Assembly (NCBI GenBank): GCA_041178485.1
Contig: JBEGVI010000103.1
Location: 10,781 to 74,780 of the forward strand
Direction: 5' to 3'
DNA length: 64,000 bases
Origin: Bacteroidota bacterium
GTDB taxonomy: Bacteria > Bacteroidota > Bacteroidia > Flavobacteriales_D > Crocinitomicaceae
In this document: piece by piece, positions 47,727 through 57,559 of the stretch
Position numbering within the stretch: position 1 is the stretch's first letter
Layout of the letters: the number at the start of each line of letters is the position of its first letter
Notes under the pieces: model-generated
Database searches by the model: none
Seen by the model: only the letters and a program-made list of their open reading frames with translations
What the model was told of the DNA's origin: nothing
Program-made: the position numbers and the translations under genes

Positions 47727-48992
47727 TCAATGGTGGAGCAGGAATTCTGATTCGAAGGTATTCCACAATACGGATCTATGCAATGGGTGAGCAATTGACG
47801 TGAGAAGCATCGCTCGTTCGTAGATCGATTTTCCGAATAAATTTACTGCTCCATATTCAGTTACAACCCAGTGAACATCGGTACGGGTGGTTACCACTCC
47901 TGCCCCCGTGTGCAATGATGTTACGATCTTTGATTTACCATCTGCTGTCTGTGATGGCATCACAATGATGGGTTTGCCCCCCTGTGACTCTGAACTGCCC
48001 CTTATAAAGTCCGGCTGTCCTCCAGCGCCCGAATAGATTAAAGGACCAATCGAATCAGCACAAACCTGACCGGTCAAATCAATTTCAATAGCGCTGTTGA
48101 TTGCAACAACTTTGGGATTGAGTGCGATCGTTTCCGGATGATTGATTTTCGAAGATTCCAAAAAAAGGAAGGAAGCATTGTCGTCGAGGTAGTCGTATAA
48201 GGTTCGGGAACCAATTGCAAATGAACAAAGATTGTGTTTTCGGCCGTACGCTTTTGTATCGTTTGTGATCACGTTTCTCTTGAGAAGTGGCAAGACAGAA
48301 TCTGTAATAACCTCTGAGTGCAAGCCAAGATTTTTGTGGCTTTTAAGTGCATCAAGAATGGCGTCCGGAATGTGGCCGATGCCGATTTGAATGGTCGAAC
48401 CATCTTGTATCAGGTCGGCTGTGTGCAGGGCTATTTTTCGGTCTATTTGAGAGGTATTGTCAACACTTCTTTCCGGCAACGGTTCGCTCCAATCGATGAA
48501 TGTATCAATTTCGCTTTTGTGTATGGTCGCGTCTCCAAAGGTTCTTGGCATGTATTTATTCACTTGGGCAATAACCCTGCTCGCCGATTCTACCGCCGCT
48601 CTTGAAATATCGACCGAGGGTCCGAGAGACATAAATCCATGTTTGTCCGGCGGGCTGACAGAAATGATTGCTAGATCAAGAGGAATGACGTTTTTTCTGA
48701 ACATACCGGGAATGACAGCCAGCGTAGCCGGGACATAACTTCCATGGTCATGTTGAATGGCAGAACGAATATTCGGTCCAACAAAAAATGGCATCGGAAT
48801 ATATACTGACCTGTAGCGTTCATCAGACCAAGGTGCCTCCCCTTCGGTATGCAGAGAATAAATCCGGATGTTCTTTCGATCTTGATTTCGGTTACAGAAT
48901 TCACGAATCAGATGCAGAGGAGCTGCCGCACCTGTATGAATAAAAACAGTAGAGTTCGATGAAACGTTTAGTTGCTCGAGTGTATGGGACAT
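47727..48992 (-). CDS. acetyl-CoA hydrolase/transferase-family CoA-transferase
   Basis: 421 aa with INSAIEIDLTGQV and GAGGQPDF motifs typical of the 4-hydroxybutyrate/acetyl-CoA transferase family. Confidence 0.8.
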   Translation of the reverse strand: MSHTLEQLNVSSNSTVFIHTGAAAPLHLIREFCNRNQDRKNIRIYSLHTEGEAPWSDERYRSVYIPMPFFVGPNIRSAIQHDHGSYVPATLAVIPGMFRKNVIPLDLAIISVSPPDKHGFMSLGPSVDISRAAVESASRVIAQVNKYMPRTFGDATIHKSEIDTFIDWSEPLPERSVDNTSQIDRKIALHTADLIQDGSTIQIGIGHIPDAILDALKSHKNLGLHSEVITDSVLPLLKRNVITNDTKAYGRKHNLCSFAIGSRTLYDYLDDNASFLFLESSKINHPETIALNPKVVAINSAIEIDLTGQVCADSIGPLIYSGAGGQPDFIRGSSESQGGKPIIVMPSQTADGKSKIVTSLHTGAGVVTTRTDVHWVVTEYGAVNLFGKSIYERAMLLTSIAHPLHRSVLWNTFESEFLLHH

Positions 48993-49030
48993 TTTTTTCT
49001 TGCGAAACTACATCCATTGGGCATCATGTA

Positions 49031-49615
49031 TCAATGAGAAATGTCAATTTTACGGAAAGTTAAATTGATTCTGGCATCTTTTATTTTGGGTTGTTTCGGG
49101 ATCTGGTGTTTCCAGAAATGTTGGAGACTTCCACCCATAAGTAAAAGATCTCCATGCGCAAGATCGAACTGAATGAGGTCTTCATGTTCAATATGCTTAA
49201 GTTGAAATTTTCGAGTAGCACCTAGACTAAGAGAGGCAATTGCGGGGTTTAGCCCCAGTTCTTTTTCATTGTCAGCATGCCATCCGTTGCTGTCCATTCC
49301 GTCGCGGTAAAAATTAATTAAAACAGAATTAAAAGAGTGATTGCTTGCGCGTTCGATTCGGTCTTTTAAATCAAGCAGGATATCGTCGAAAGGTGCAACT
49401 TTGAGTCTTTTTCCTGAATATCCGTATGTTTCACCATTCATGCTGTGAAAGGATTCCATTCTTGGAATAAGGTGTCTTTTTCCGAAAAGAACAATGTTGC
49501 CCTGTTCCCATTCGATAGAGTTCTTAAGTCGTTCGAAAAGTTCATTCCCTTCGCTGTCGCCGATAAAGCCTTTTAAAAAACCTATCCAGCCGTCTTTAAC
49601 CTCTGTTCGTTGCAT
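49031..49615 (-). CDS. alkB: Fe(II)/2-oxoglutarate-dependent dioxygenase AlkB
   Basis: WHADNE (HxD), the distal His in LQHFWKHQIP and RINLTFR. Confidence 0.8.
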   Translation of the reverse strand: MQRTEVKDGWIGFLKGFIGDSEGNELFERLKNSIEWEQGNIVLFGKRHLIPRMESFHSMNGETYGYSGKRLKVAPFDDILLDLKDRIERASNHSFNSVLINFYRDGMDSNGWHADNEKELGLNPAIASLSLGATRKFQLKHIEHEDLIQFDLAHGDLLLMGGSLQHFWKHQIPKQPKIKDARINLTFRKIDISH

Positions 49616-50442
49616 CAGATGTATCCTACAAGATCGTAGATGACATAGCCGACTGTTTCTTTGATGAGGTTATCCCACCCTTCAAAACACTCGTAATTGG
49701 GAAAAATATACTGGTTCCAGTAATAATTTCTTTTAGGTCCGGTATAATGATCTGTTGTAAATACATCGCACTTTAAACCCTCTTTGCGAAAACACCCTTG
49801 GGCTCTTCGCATATGTTTGGCTGAGGTGATGAGTAAAAATTTGTTGAGGTGTGGATACGTTTTTTCGAGAAGCTTTTTTGTTTCAAGTGCATTTTCATGC
49901 GTATTTCTGGATCGGCATTCTGTGATGATGTCCTTTCGCGGAATTCCCCAATTGATAAGTACGCGCCGCATCTGTTTTGCTTCATGCAATCCTTTGTCGA
50001 AGACATAGCCATTGTCACCGGTGATAAGTATTTTATCGATCTTGCCTTCGTGGTAAAGTGACAATGCCTGCCAAATTCTGTCCGCTCCTCGACGAACGCT
50101 TAACACCTTCAAATCGTTGTTCCATTCGGCCATTCCGGTAAGCACGATCCCGACATCATACTTTTGTACCTTTTCAATTTTTGTTCCTCCAATTTCCCAA
50201 AGCCTGAAACATTCGGACAATACAACAGTATTTGTGAAAACAAAAAAGAATCCTACAGTTGTCCATTTCAAGCGTTTTCTCCACATCTCACTTTTCCAGA
50301 AAATACTCAGTGCGACTAAGACGATAAACCAGTTGAATGGCGAAAGCAAAAACAACAATGCTTTGGATAAGATGAAAAACATGATGCAAAAATAAAAACC
50401 TTTCATGAAGCGAATACCGCACACAATACGTTTGGAAACCAT
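49615..50442 (-). CDS. YdcF/ElyC-family DUF218 membrane protein
   Basis: N-terminal TM helices and a DUF218-like core (ILITGDNG...LLITSAKHMRRA). The start could be 50406. The stop overlaps the alkB start (TGATG). Confidence 0.65.
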   Translation of the reverse strand: MVSKRIVCGIRFMKGFYFCIMFFILSKALLFLLSPFNWFIVLVALSIFWKSEMWRKRLKWTTVGFFFVFTNTVVLSECFRLWEIGGTKIEKVQKYDVGIVLTGMAEWNNDLKVLSVRRGADRIWQALSLYHEGKIDKILITGDNGYVFDKGLHEAKQMRRVLINWGIPRKDIITECRSRNTHENALETKKLLEKTYPHLNKFLLITSAKHMRRAQGCFRKEGLKCDVFTTDHYTGPKRNYYWNQYIFPNYECFEGWDNLIKETVGYVIYDLVGYI

Positions 50443-50450
50443 TAGTTTTG
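50443..50450 (+). promoter_or_regulatory. -7 box (tagttttg) upstream of the PaaI-like thioesterase
   Basis: Exact match, 15 nt before ATG 50466. Confidence 0.5.
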
Positions 50451-50465
50451 AAGGAAAATATTTTC

Positions 50466-50900
50466 ATGCATCCGTTAAACGCTCACCCACTCGTACAGGA
50501 GTATCTTAAAATGAATCGTTTCGGCGATACTTTGGGAATGCATTTTCAAATAATGGCGCCGGGTCAAGCAGCATATTTTTTAAACGTTACTGAATCACAT
50601 CTGGCGACACCTACATCTGCACATGGCGGGGTGCTGAGTGCATTGCTTGATGCCGTAATGGGTGTGGGTGCATTGAGCGTGGTTTGTGAGGAAGATAAGG
50701 TAGTTTCTACTGTTGAAATGAAAGTGTCTTTTTTACGGCCTGCTCATCTTGGAGATCAGCTCACTGCGAATTCCTCGATTGTGAAAAGAGGCAAGAAGAT
50801 TCTTTTCGTTGAGGCACGGATTAAAAATCAGTTCAATGACCTTGTAGCCCTGTCGAGCGGTACGTTTAATTCCTATTCAAAAATTAAGGCTGGGTATTGA
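50466..50900 (+). CDS. PaaI-family hotdog thioesterase
   Basis: AHGGVLSALLD motif. The ORF-track TTG (50448) is part of a -7 box, so ATG 50466 is preferred. Confidence 0.7.
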   Translation: MHPLNAHPLVQEYLKMNRFGDTLGMHFQIMAPGQAAYFLNVTESHLATPTSAHGGVLSALLDAVMGVGALSVVCEEDKVVSTVEMKVSFLRPAHLGDQLTANSSIVKRGKKILFVEARIKNQFNDLVALSSGTFNSYSKIKAGY

Positions 50901-50992
50901 TTTTCTCTGCAAATTGGTTGGATTCACATTGCGCTCAATCTTGCCTCGAAATAAATATCAACAGATAAAGATCGACTAATCAGTCAAAATTG

Positions 50993-51000
50993 TATTTTTG
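50993..51000 (+). promoter_or_regulatory. -7 box (tatttttg) upstream of the TetR gene
   Basis: Exact match, 20 nt before ATG 51021. Confidence 0.5.
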
Positions 51001-51020
51001 CCCTGGAATATAAGGGAGTC

Positions 51021-51584
51021 ATGACTAAAAAAGAACTACTGATGCTTACTGCAAGAAGACTTTTTGCAGAGAACGGATTTTATGGAACCCCCACCGCCAG
51101 AATCGCAAAAGAGGCTGAGGTAAGCAACGGGATTTTATTCCATTATTTTCCAACGAAGGAAAAATTGATCCGAGCCATGTACATAGATGTAAAGGATCGA
51201 ATATTTGAGTATTCACTCGGGCAGGTATACAAGGGAGCCACATTAAAGGAGAGTATTTATACGCTTTGGCTGGCTGTAGTAGAGTGGTACATGGAGCATC
51301 CGGAGGATTTTCATTTTATGAGACAATATGAATCGTCGCCCTATTACAGTGTAGATTCAGAGATGGAGCACCGTCACACACAATTGACGCTCGAGTTGAT
51401 CAGTGAAGGTATGGAGCAGGGAATCTTTAAAACATTTAGTGCGCATTTGTTGTTTCAGATCATGATGAAACTTGTTCAGAATGCCGTCGAATATATTGGT
51501 CAGCATGAAGTGCTCAGGGAGGACTTCGAGTTCAGGTACCGTTTGTTTGATGTCACATGGGACGCCTTAAGAAAGACAAATTGA
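51021..51584 (+). CDS. TetR-family transcriptional regulator
   Basis: N-terminal HTH region: AARRLFAENGFYGTPTARIAKEAEVSNGILFHYF. Confidence 0.8.
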   Translation: MTKKELLMLTARRLFAENGFYGTPTARIAKEAEVSNGILFHYFPTKEKLIRAMYIDVKDRIFEYSLGQVYKGATLKESIYTLWLAVVEWYMEHPEDFHFMRQYESSPYYSVDSEMEHRHTQLTLELISEGMEQGIFKTFSAHLLFQIMMKLVQNAVEYIGQHEVLREDFEFRYRLFDVTWDALRKTN

Positions 51585-52360
51585 AAAAGTTAGCATTGAT
51601 TACCGGAGCATCGAGTGGAATTGGAAAAGAACTCGCTAAAATTCATGCTTCTCAAGGCGGAGATCTCATTTTGGTTGCTCGACGTCATGAGGAATTAAGG
51701 GTACTTGCCGATGAGTTAACATCTCAGCATGCGGTGGAAGTACGCTGCATATCCAAAGACCTCTCTGTCCCCGGGGCAGCCCGTGAATTGTTTATCGAAC
51801 TGGGAGAACTGGCCGAACATGTGGATATTCTGATGAATAACGCCGGTTTCGGTGGGTTTGGCTCCTTCGCCGATCGGCCGATTGAGAAAGAACTTGAAAT
51901 GATTCGACTCAACATTTCCGCGTTGACAGAACTTACACATCTTTTTCTTCCATCCATGATTGAACGGAAATCCGGAAAAATTTTAAATACGGCAAGTTCT
52001 GCGGGATTTATGCCGGGCCCCATGCAGTCGGTTTATTTTGCTACCAAGGCTTATGTCGTTTCGTTTACGCAAGGTGTACACCATGAATTGAAAAAGAAAG
52101 GTGTCACGGTTACAGCCTTGTGTCCCGGACCTGTGAAGACAGAATTTGAGAAAACTGCCGGACTTGAGGGTGTGGAACTGTTCAAATTGGCGGTAACACC
52201 TACACATACAGCCAGGGTAGGATATGCCGCAATGCAAAAGGGAAAAATGATCGTTTTCGATCAAAAGATTCTGACATTCTCCATAAATTGGATTGTACCG
52301 CTCATTCCCAGAGCCTGGTTGCTCAGAATGATAGAGAAAATGCAAACTCCTAAAAGATAA
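51557..52360 (+). CDS. short-chain dehydrogenase/reductase
   Basis: TGASSGIG, NNAG and catalytic YFATK motifs. The start may instead be TTG 51581, which overlaps the TetR stop (TTGA). Confidence 0.85.
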   Translation: MGRLKKDKLKKLALITGASSGIGKELAKIHASQGGDLILVARRHEELRVLADELTSQHAVEVRCISKDLSVPGAARELFIELGELAEHVDILMNNAGFGGFGSFADRPIEKELEMIRLNISALTELTHLFLPSMIERKSGKILNTASSAGFMPGPMQSVYFATKAYVVSFTQGVHHELKKKGVTVTALCPGPVKTEFEKTAGLEGVELFKLAVTPTHTARVGYAAMQKGKMIVFDQKILTFSINWIVPLIPRAWLLRMIEKMQTPKR

Positions 52361-52448
52361 ATCCTAGGGATCGCCTGTTATTATTTTAGCGTCAGTCAGT
52401 TTTCTGAACAGATTTGTGAAACTAAGTTTAACGCTAAAACCTGTAGTC

Positions 52449-53222
52449 ATGTCTTTCAATTTCATTCAGCACACCCGAGGAATACTGAAATTCCTGTTGG
52501 TTATTTTTATTTGTAACTCAGTCGTATCCGCACAGTCAACCTATTTGGTTCTTGATAAGAATTCGAAAAATATGGATCTCTTCAATGAAAAGAATCATGC
52601 ATCCTTTTTGAGTAAGGTTCAATTCCACATGGCACGTGCGCGTTTTGGCTCCGGCAGTTCAACAGATTTTATACTCGATTCAGTATCGGGGATTGATCCA
52701 ATGTTAATAGATATGGATCAATTGCCTGAATGGGTGGAATATGAAAAAATTTATGGTGAAAGAGTGTTTGCGCCGGTTGTGTCAGAAGTTACAGGAGAGG
52801 ACTCTCTGGTGGTCGATCCGTATACCGGGATAGAAACAGTTGTGATTACTGAATTGCAAAATATCCGGTTGAGTTATGATTTGAAAGACATCGATAGGAT
52901 CGTTATAATTGATGTCGATTCCTCACTCAATACTAAGGAAAGAATTAATTTTTCAGGGCGTAAAATTTGCTTTGCAAAAAAATATCCAGGGACAAATAAA
53001 TACGTGATTACATTTTCGTTAAACATGACCGAGCTGAGCCGTGTCTTGGATGGAGAAAAAAGTCTGAAGCAGCTTGAGAAGGCCATCTCTCGCAATGAAA
53101 GAAAACGTGAAGCCGTGTTGGATTTTAATAAGATCCTGGATGAATTCTTGATTTTTGGTTCGGACATGAATTTTTTTGCATTGCCGGATCCGCATTTCGG
53201 AGTTTTTGTATTCAACTATTAA
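52449..53222 (+). CDS. hypothetical secreted protein
   Basis: ATG 52449 gives the signal peptide MSFNFIQHTRGILKFLLVIFICNSVVSAQ. No family recognised. Confidence 0.4.
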   Translation: MSFNFIQHTRGILKFLLVIFICNSVVSAQSTYLVLDKNSKNMDLFNEKNHASFLSKVQFHMARARFGSGSSTDFILDSVSGIDPMLIDMDQLPEWVEYEKIYGERVFAPVVSEVTGEDSLVVDPYTGIETVVITELQNIRLSYDLKDIDRIVIIDVDSSLNTKERINFSGRKICFAKKYPGTNKYVITFSLNMTELSRVLDGEKSLKQLEKAISRNERKREAVLDFNKILDEFLIFGSDMNFFALPDPHFGVFVFNY

Positions 53223-53245
53223 TCGTCCCGAAAGTGATTTTGCAG

Positions 53246-53253
53246 TAACTTTG
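53246..53253 (+). promoter_or_regulatory. -7 box (taactttg) upstream of tatA
   Basis: Exact match, 17 nt before ATG 53271. Confidence 0.5.
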
Positions 53254-53270
53254 TATTCTAATTTATTTGA

Positions 53271-53699
53271 ATGCTTCTTTTCTTTAATGATGTTTCCGGT
53301 ACTGAGATTTTAGTCATATTGATTTTTATTCTCATGTTCTTTGGGTCGAAAAGCATCCCAGGCATAGCTCGTACTTTTGGGCGGACCATCCGTCAAATCA
53401 AAGATGCGTCCAATGAACTCCAGGACGAAATTCGAAAGTCGGGAGTGGACATTAAAAAGGATCTGAACTTGAGTAAAATTGTGGAAGAAACAACACAGGA
53501 CATTTCGCAACCTCTGGATCAAGTGGCAATCGAACTCAATGATTCTGTGCGCTATGAGCCCAAAAAGGAGATCGCTGAGGATAAGGAGGTAAACATCGTT
53601 GAGAATATCCTTCCCAAAAAAGAGGAGGACAAAGAAGAAAAAGCAGAAGAGAAAAGTTCCGCCGAAGTGGAGGATGAACCTCAAAACCCTCCCAAATAG
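53271..53699 (+). CDS. tatA: TatA/TatB-family twin-arginine translocase subunit
   Basis: An N-terminal TM helix then an amphipathic helix (ILVILIFILMFFGSKSIPGIARTFGRTIRQIKDA). Acidic tail. Confidence 0.75.
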   Translation: MLLFFNDVSGTEILVILIFILMFFGSKSIPGIARTFGRTIRQIKDASNELQDEIRKSGVDIKKDLNLSKIVEETTQDISQPLDQVAIELNDSVRYEPKKEIAEDKEVNIVENILPKKEEDKEEKAEEKSSAEVEDEPQNPPK

Positions 53700-53741
53700 A
53701 CGGTATTCTTGCTCTTCAGGGCTACATCCGAAAAAAGGTCG

Positions 53742-53749
53742 TACCTTTG
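53742..53749 (+). promoter_or_regulatory. -7 box (tacctttg) upstream of the DEAD-box helicase
   Basis: Exact match, 22 nt before ATG 53772. Confidence 0.5.
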
Positions 53750-53771
53750 CACCCAATTTTAGAAACAATAA

Positions 53772-55643
53772 ATGACATTTGAGGAACTCGGGCTGAAGAG
53801 TGAGGTGCTGAAGTCGTTAAAAGAACTGGGGTTTGAAGCACCTACTCCGATCCAACAAAAAGCCATTCCATATTTACTGGGTGAGAATAGCGATTTTGTT
53901 GGTTTAGCTCAAACAGGAACAGGAAAGACCGCAGCGTTTGGTCTTCCACTGGTAAACAACATTGAAAATCACGCTAAAATTCCGCAAGGGTTGGTCATCT
54001 GTCCCACGCGTGAACTTTGTCTGCAGATCTCGAAGGATCTCGAATTCTACGCAAAGCATTTAAAAGTAAAGGTCGTTGCCGTATACGGTGGAACCGACAT
54101 TCGAAGACAGATGACAGAAATCCGTCAGGGAGCATCAATCGTAGTGGCAACACCAGGAAGGTTGATGGACCTTATCCATCGGAAGGCTGTTCAGTTGAAC
54201 GAAGTTGAATATGTGGTGCTGGACGAAGCTGACGAGATGCTCAACATGGGCTTCAAAGAGGACATCGACTCTATTCTTGAGTCAACACCTGAATATAAAA
54301 ATGTGTGGTTGTTCTCTGCAACGATGCCCGCGGAAGTTGCACGAATTGCTAAAAATTACATGACAGATCCCTTCGAAGTTTCGATTGGTCATAAGAATCA
54401 GAGCAATGAAAATATAGACCATATTTATTACGTGGTCAAGGAAAAGGATCGCTACGCTGCCGTTAAACGATTGATCGATTTCAATCCGGACATTTATGGC
54501 CTTATCTTCTGCCGTACCCGACAGGAAACGGGAAATGTAGCTGAAAAGCTGGCAAAGGAGGGATACAACGCAGAACCATTGCATGGCGATCTTTCTCAGG
54601 CACAGCGCGACAGGGTAATGGAGCGTTTCAGGAATAAAGACCTCCAGATTTTGGTCGCAACGGATGTGGCAGCCAGAGGATTGGATATCGACAACATTAC
54701 ACATGTCATAAACTACAATCTTCCAGATGACATTGAGAATTACACGCACAGAAGCGGACGTACGGCTCGTGCAGGAAGAAAAGGGGAGTCATTGGTGCTG
54801 ATCAATACACGGGAACAAGGAAAGATAAGGTCGATCGAAAAGCAGATGCGCACGACCTTTACCCCGGGACTGATTCCAAATGCGAAAGAGATATGTGAAA
54901 TTCAGTTGATGAAGCTGATCAATAAAGTGATTTCGATTGATGTACGTGAACGTGACATCCAAACCTTCATGCCGACAATTATGGCTGGCTTTGAGGATAT
55001 GTCCAAAGAAGAAGTGATCAAGCATTTCGTCTCTGCGGAATTCAATCGATTCATAGAATACTACGAACGCGCCGGGGATTTGAATGCAACTTCAGGAAAA
55101 GGAGATGATCGTGGTTTTGAGGAGCGTTCGAAGCGACGAGAGCGAAAAGGCGATGAGACTGAATCCGGAAAAACACGTTTCTTCGTGAGCATAGGCCGCC
55201 GCGATGGATTGAATCCGGGAGGTTTACTTCGTTTGGTTTGCGATGCAAGCGGATTGCGTTCTGCCAATGTGGGAAGAATTGACATAATGACGTCCTATTC
55301 CTTTTTTGAAGCGGATAACGAACATGCTGAAAACATTTTGAAAAGTGTCAATGGTTCAACCTATGAAGGGCATGAAGTAAGCATTGAAATCACAAAAACA
55401 AAACCTTCGGGTGGCGGAAATCGTGGAGGCGGAGGTCGTCGTGACGGAGGTGCATTCGGTGGAAAATTCAAAGGTGGCCGGGATGGCGGTGGACGTCGTG
55501 ACAATGGATTCAGAGGAGGCAGCGATGATCGTCGCGGAGGTTCCAAGAAAGATGGAGGCTCGAAAAAAGATGGAGGTCCGAAAAGGGATGGCGGAGGACG
55601 TCCGCGTTCGTTCGGCAAACCGTTTAGCAAAAAGTCAAAATAA
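53772..55643 (+). CDS. deaD: DEAD-box ATP-dependent RNA helicase with DbpA-like RNA-binding domain and RGG tail
   Basis: Q-motif, AQTGTGKT, DEAD, SAT, HRSGRTARAG. C-terminal 80 aa rich in Arg, Gly and Asp. Confidence 0.9.
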   Translation: MTFEELGLKSEVLKSLKELGFEAPTPIQQKAIPYLLGENSDFVGLAQTGTGKTAAFGLPLVNNIENHAKIPQGLVICPTRELCLQISKDLEFYAKHLKVKVVAVYGGTDIRRQMTEIRQGASIVVATPGRLMDLIHRKAVQLNEVEYVVLDEADEMLNMGFKEDIDSILESTPEYKNVWLFSATMPAEVARIAKNYMTDPFEVSIGHKNQSNENIDHIYYVVKEKDRYAAVKRLIDFNPDIYGLIFCRTRQETGNVAEKLAKEGYNAEPLHGDLSQAQRDRVMERFRNKDLQILVATDVAARGLDIDNITHVINYNLPDDIENYTHRSGRTARAGRKGESLVLINTREQGKIRSIEKQMRTTFTPGLIPNAKEICEIQLMKLINKVISIDVRERDIQTFMPTIMAGFEDMSKEEVIKHFVSAEFNRFIEYYERAGDLNATSGKGDDRGFEERSKRRERKGDETESGKTRFFVSIGRRDGLNPGGLLRLVCDASGLRSANVGRIDIMTSYSFFEADNEHAENILKSVNGSTYEGHEVSIEITKTKPSGGGNRGGGGRRDGGAFGGKFKGGRDGGGRRDNGFRGGSDDRRGGSKKDGGSKKDGGPKRDGGGRPRSFGKPFSKKSK

Positions 55644-55666
55644 CCAATAGTATTGCTTGAAATTAT

Positions 55667-57463
55667 ATGGAAATCAGAAATATAGCCATAATTGCACACG
55701 TTGACCACGGTAAAACAACCCTGGTAGACAAGATGATCGAAGCCGGAAGTGTTTTAAACGAGCGGGATCGTCCGACCGGTGAATTGATCATGGACAACAA
55801 TGACCTTGAACGAGAACGCGGAATTACCATCGTTTCTAAGAATGTTTCTGTAACGTACAAAGGAACAAAGATCAATATCATTGATACTCCGGGTCACGCC
55901 GACTTTGGAGGTGAAGTCGAACGAGTTCTGAATATGGCGGACGGTGTATGTTTGTTGGTGGATGCCTTCGAAGGACCGATGCCTCAGACTCGATTCGTGC
56001 TTGGAAAGGCCCTGTCTATGGGAATAAAACCTTTATTGGTAATCAATAAAGTGGACAAAGAGAATTGTACCCCCGATGAGGTACACGAAAAAGTATTCGA
56101 TTTGATGTTCGAATTGGATGCAAATGAAGACCAACTCGAATTCCCAACCATTTATGGGTCTGCAAAAAATGGATGGATGTCGACAGACTGGAGGCAACCA
56201 ACAACCTCCATTACTCCGCTTCTTGATCAAATTCTTGACTATTTTCCTCCGCGAAAGATTGAGGATGGAAACACACAACTACTGATTACTTCACTTGATT
56301 TTTCAAGTTACGTCGGACGTATTGCGATTGGCAGGTTGAATCGTGGGGAGCTGAAAGAGAATCAGCCGGTTATTCTGGTTAAACGGGATGGTACGCAAGA
56401 AAAGCACCGAATTCGTGAGGTTTTTGTCTTTGAGGGATTGGAAAGAAAGAAGGTGACTACCGTTCAGGCTGGAGATATTTGTGCAGTTACTGGAATCGAA
56501 GGTTTTGAGATCGGAGATTGTATAAGCGATGCTGAACAACCTGAGCCGCTTCCAACGATCGAGCTGGACGAACCGACAATGTCTATGTTATTTTCTATCA
56601 ACGATTCTCCATTCTTTGGTAAAGAGGGCAAATTTGTAACGTCGCGACACATCCAGGAGCGCTTGCAAAAAGAACTTGAGAAAAACCTTGCCATGCGGGT
56701 TTCCGATACAGACAAGGCGGATAAATGGATCGTATACGGAAGAGGTGTGCTTCATTTGTCGGTGCTGATTGAGACCATGCGCCGTGAAGGATATGAATTG
56801 CAGGTAGGACAACCGCAGGTGATTATTAAAGAGATCAATGGCATCAAATGCGAACCGGTTGAAGAACTTACCATAGACCTTCCTGAGGAATTCAGCGGAA
56901 CAGCCGTTGAAGCAGTTTCGAAGCGAAAAGGCGAAATGGTCAACATGGAGCCCAAAGGGCAACGAATGATCATACAATTTCTGATACCTTCACGCGGCAT
57001 CATTGGATTACGAAATTACCTCCTGACACAAACTGCAGGTGAAGCCATTATGACACACCGCTTTCTGGAATACCAACCCTACAAAGGAGAGATTCCCGGA
57101 CGTCAGAATGGATCGTTGATTTCCCTGGAACAAGGTGTTTCAATTCCTTTTTCATTGAATAACTTGCAGGAACGAGGTAAATTCTTTATTCACCCGAATG
57201 AGAACATTTACGAAGGTCAGGTAATTGGTGAAAATTCCCGTGCAGGTGACCTGTGTGTCAACGTGACCAAAACCAAGAAATTGACCAATATGCGCTCTTC
57301 CGGTGCAGACGACAAGGTGCGGTTGGCCCCTCCAAAGGTATTTAGCCTCGAGGAATGCCTTGAGTACATACAGTCTGATGAATATGTCGAGGTAACGCCT
57401 GAAAATCTCAGAATAAGGAAGATTCTTTTAAAAGAAACGGATCGAAAGCGTTCAACAAAATAA
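55667..57463 (+). CDS. typA: translational GTPase TypA/BipA
   Basis: AHVDHGKTT, DTPGHADF and NKVD motifs. 598 aa, colinear with BipA. Confidence 0.9.
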   Translation: MEIRNIAIIAHVDHGKTTLVDKMIEAGSVLNERDRPTGELIMDNNDLERERGITIVSKNVSVTYKGTKINIIDTPGHADFGGEVERVLNMADGVCLLVDAFEGPMPQTRFVLGKALSMGIKPLLVINKVDKENCTPDEVHEKVFDLMFELDANEDQLEFPTIYGSAKNGWMSTDWRQPTTSITPLLDQILDYFPPRKIEDGNTQLLITSLDFSSYVGRIAIGRLNRGELKENQPVILVKRDGTQEKHRIREVFVFEGLERKKVTTVQAGDICAVTGIEGFEIGDCISDAEQPEPLPTIELDEPTMSMLFSINDSPFFGKEGKFVTSRHIQERLQKELEKNLAMRVSDTDKADKWIVYGRGVLHLSVLIETMRREGYELQVGQPQVIIKEINGIKCEPVEELTIDLPEEFSGTAVEAVSKRKGEMVNMEPKGQRMIIQFLIPSRGIIGLRNYLLTQTAGEAIMTHRFLEYQPYKGEIPGRQNGSLISLEQGVSIPFSLNNLQERGKFFIHPNENIYEGQVIGENSRAGDLCVNVTKTKKLTNMRSSGADDKVRLAPPKVFSLEECLEYIQSDEYVEVTPENLRIRKILLKETDRKRSTK

Positions 57464-57559
57464 GTTGTCTCTGTAAGAAATCGGTGAATCTATCGTTTGT
57501 AAAGAGTTGTTCATAAAATTTAATTGGTTCATTTTGGGTGAAAACTCAAAGTCACTATT

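Noticed and set aside
53310-53768. A 152-aa minus-strand ORF opposite tatA, and a 115-aa Pro/Arg-rich ORF (55361-55708) opposite the helicase tail.
   Set aside because: These are mirror images of low-complexity coding sequence (Glu/Lys-rich and RGG-rich). The plus-strand genes carry the TatA and DEAD-box signatures.
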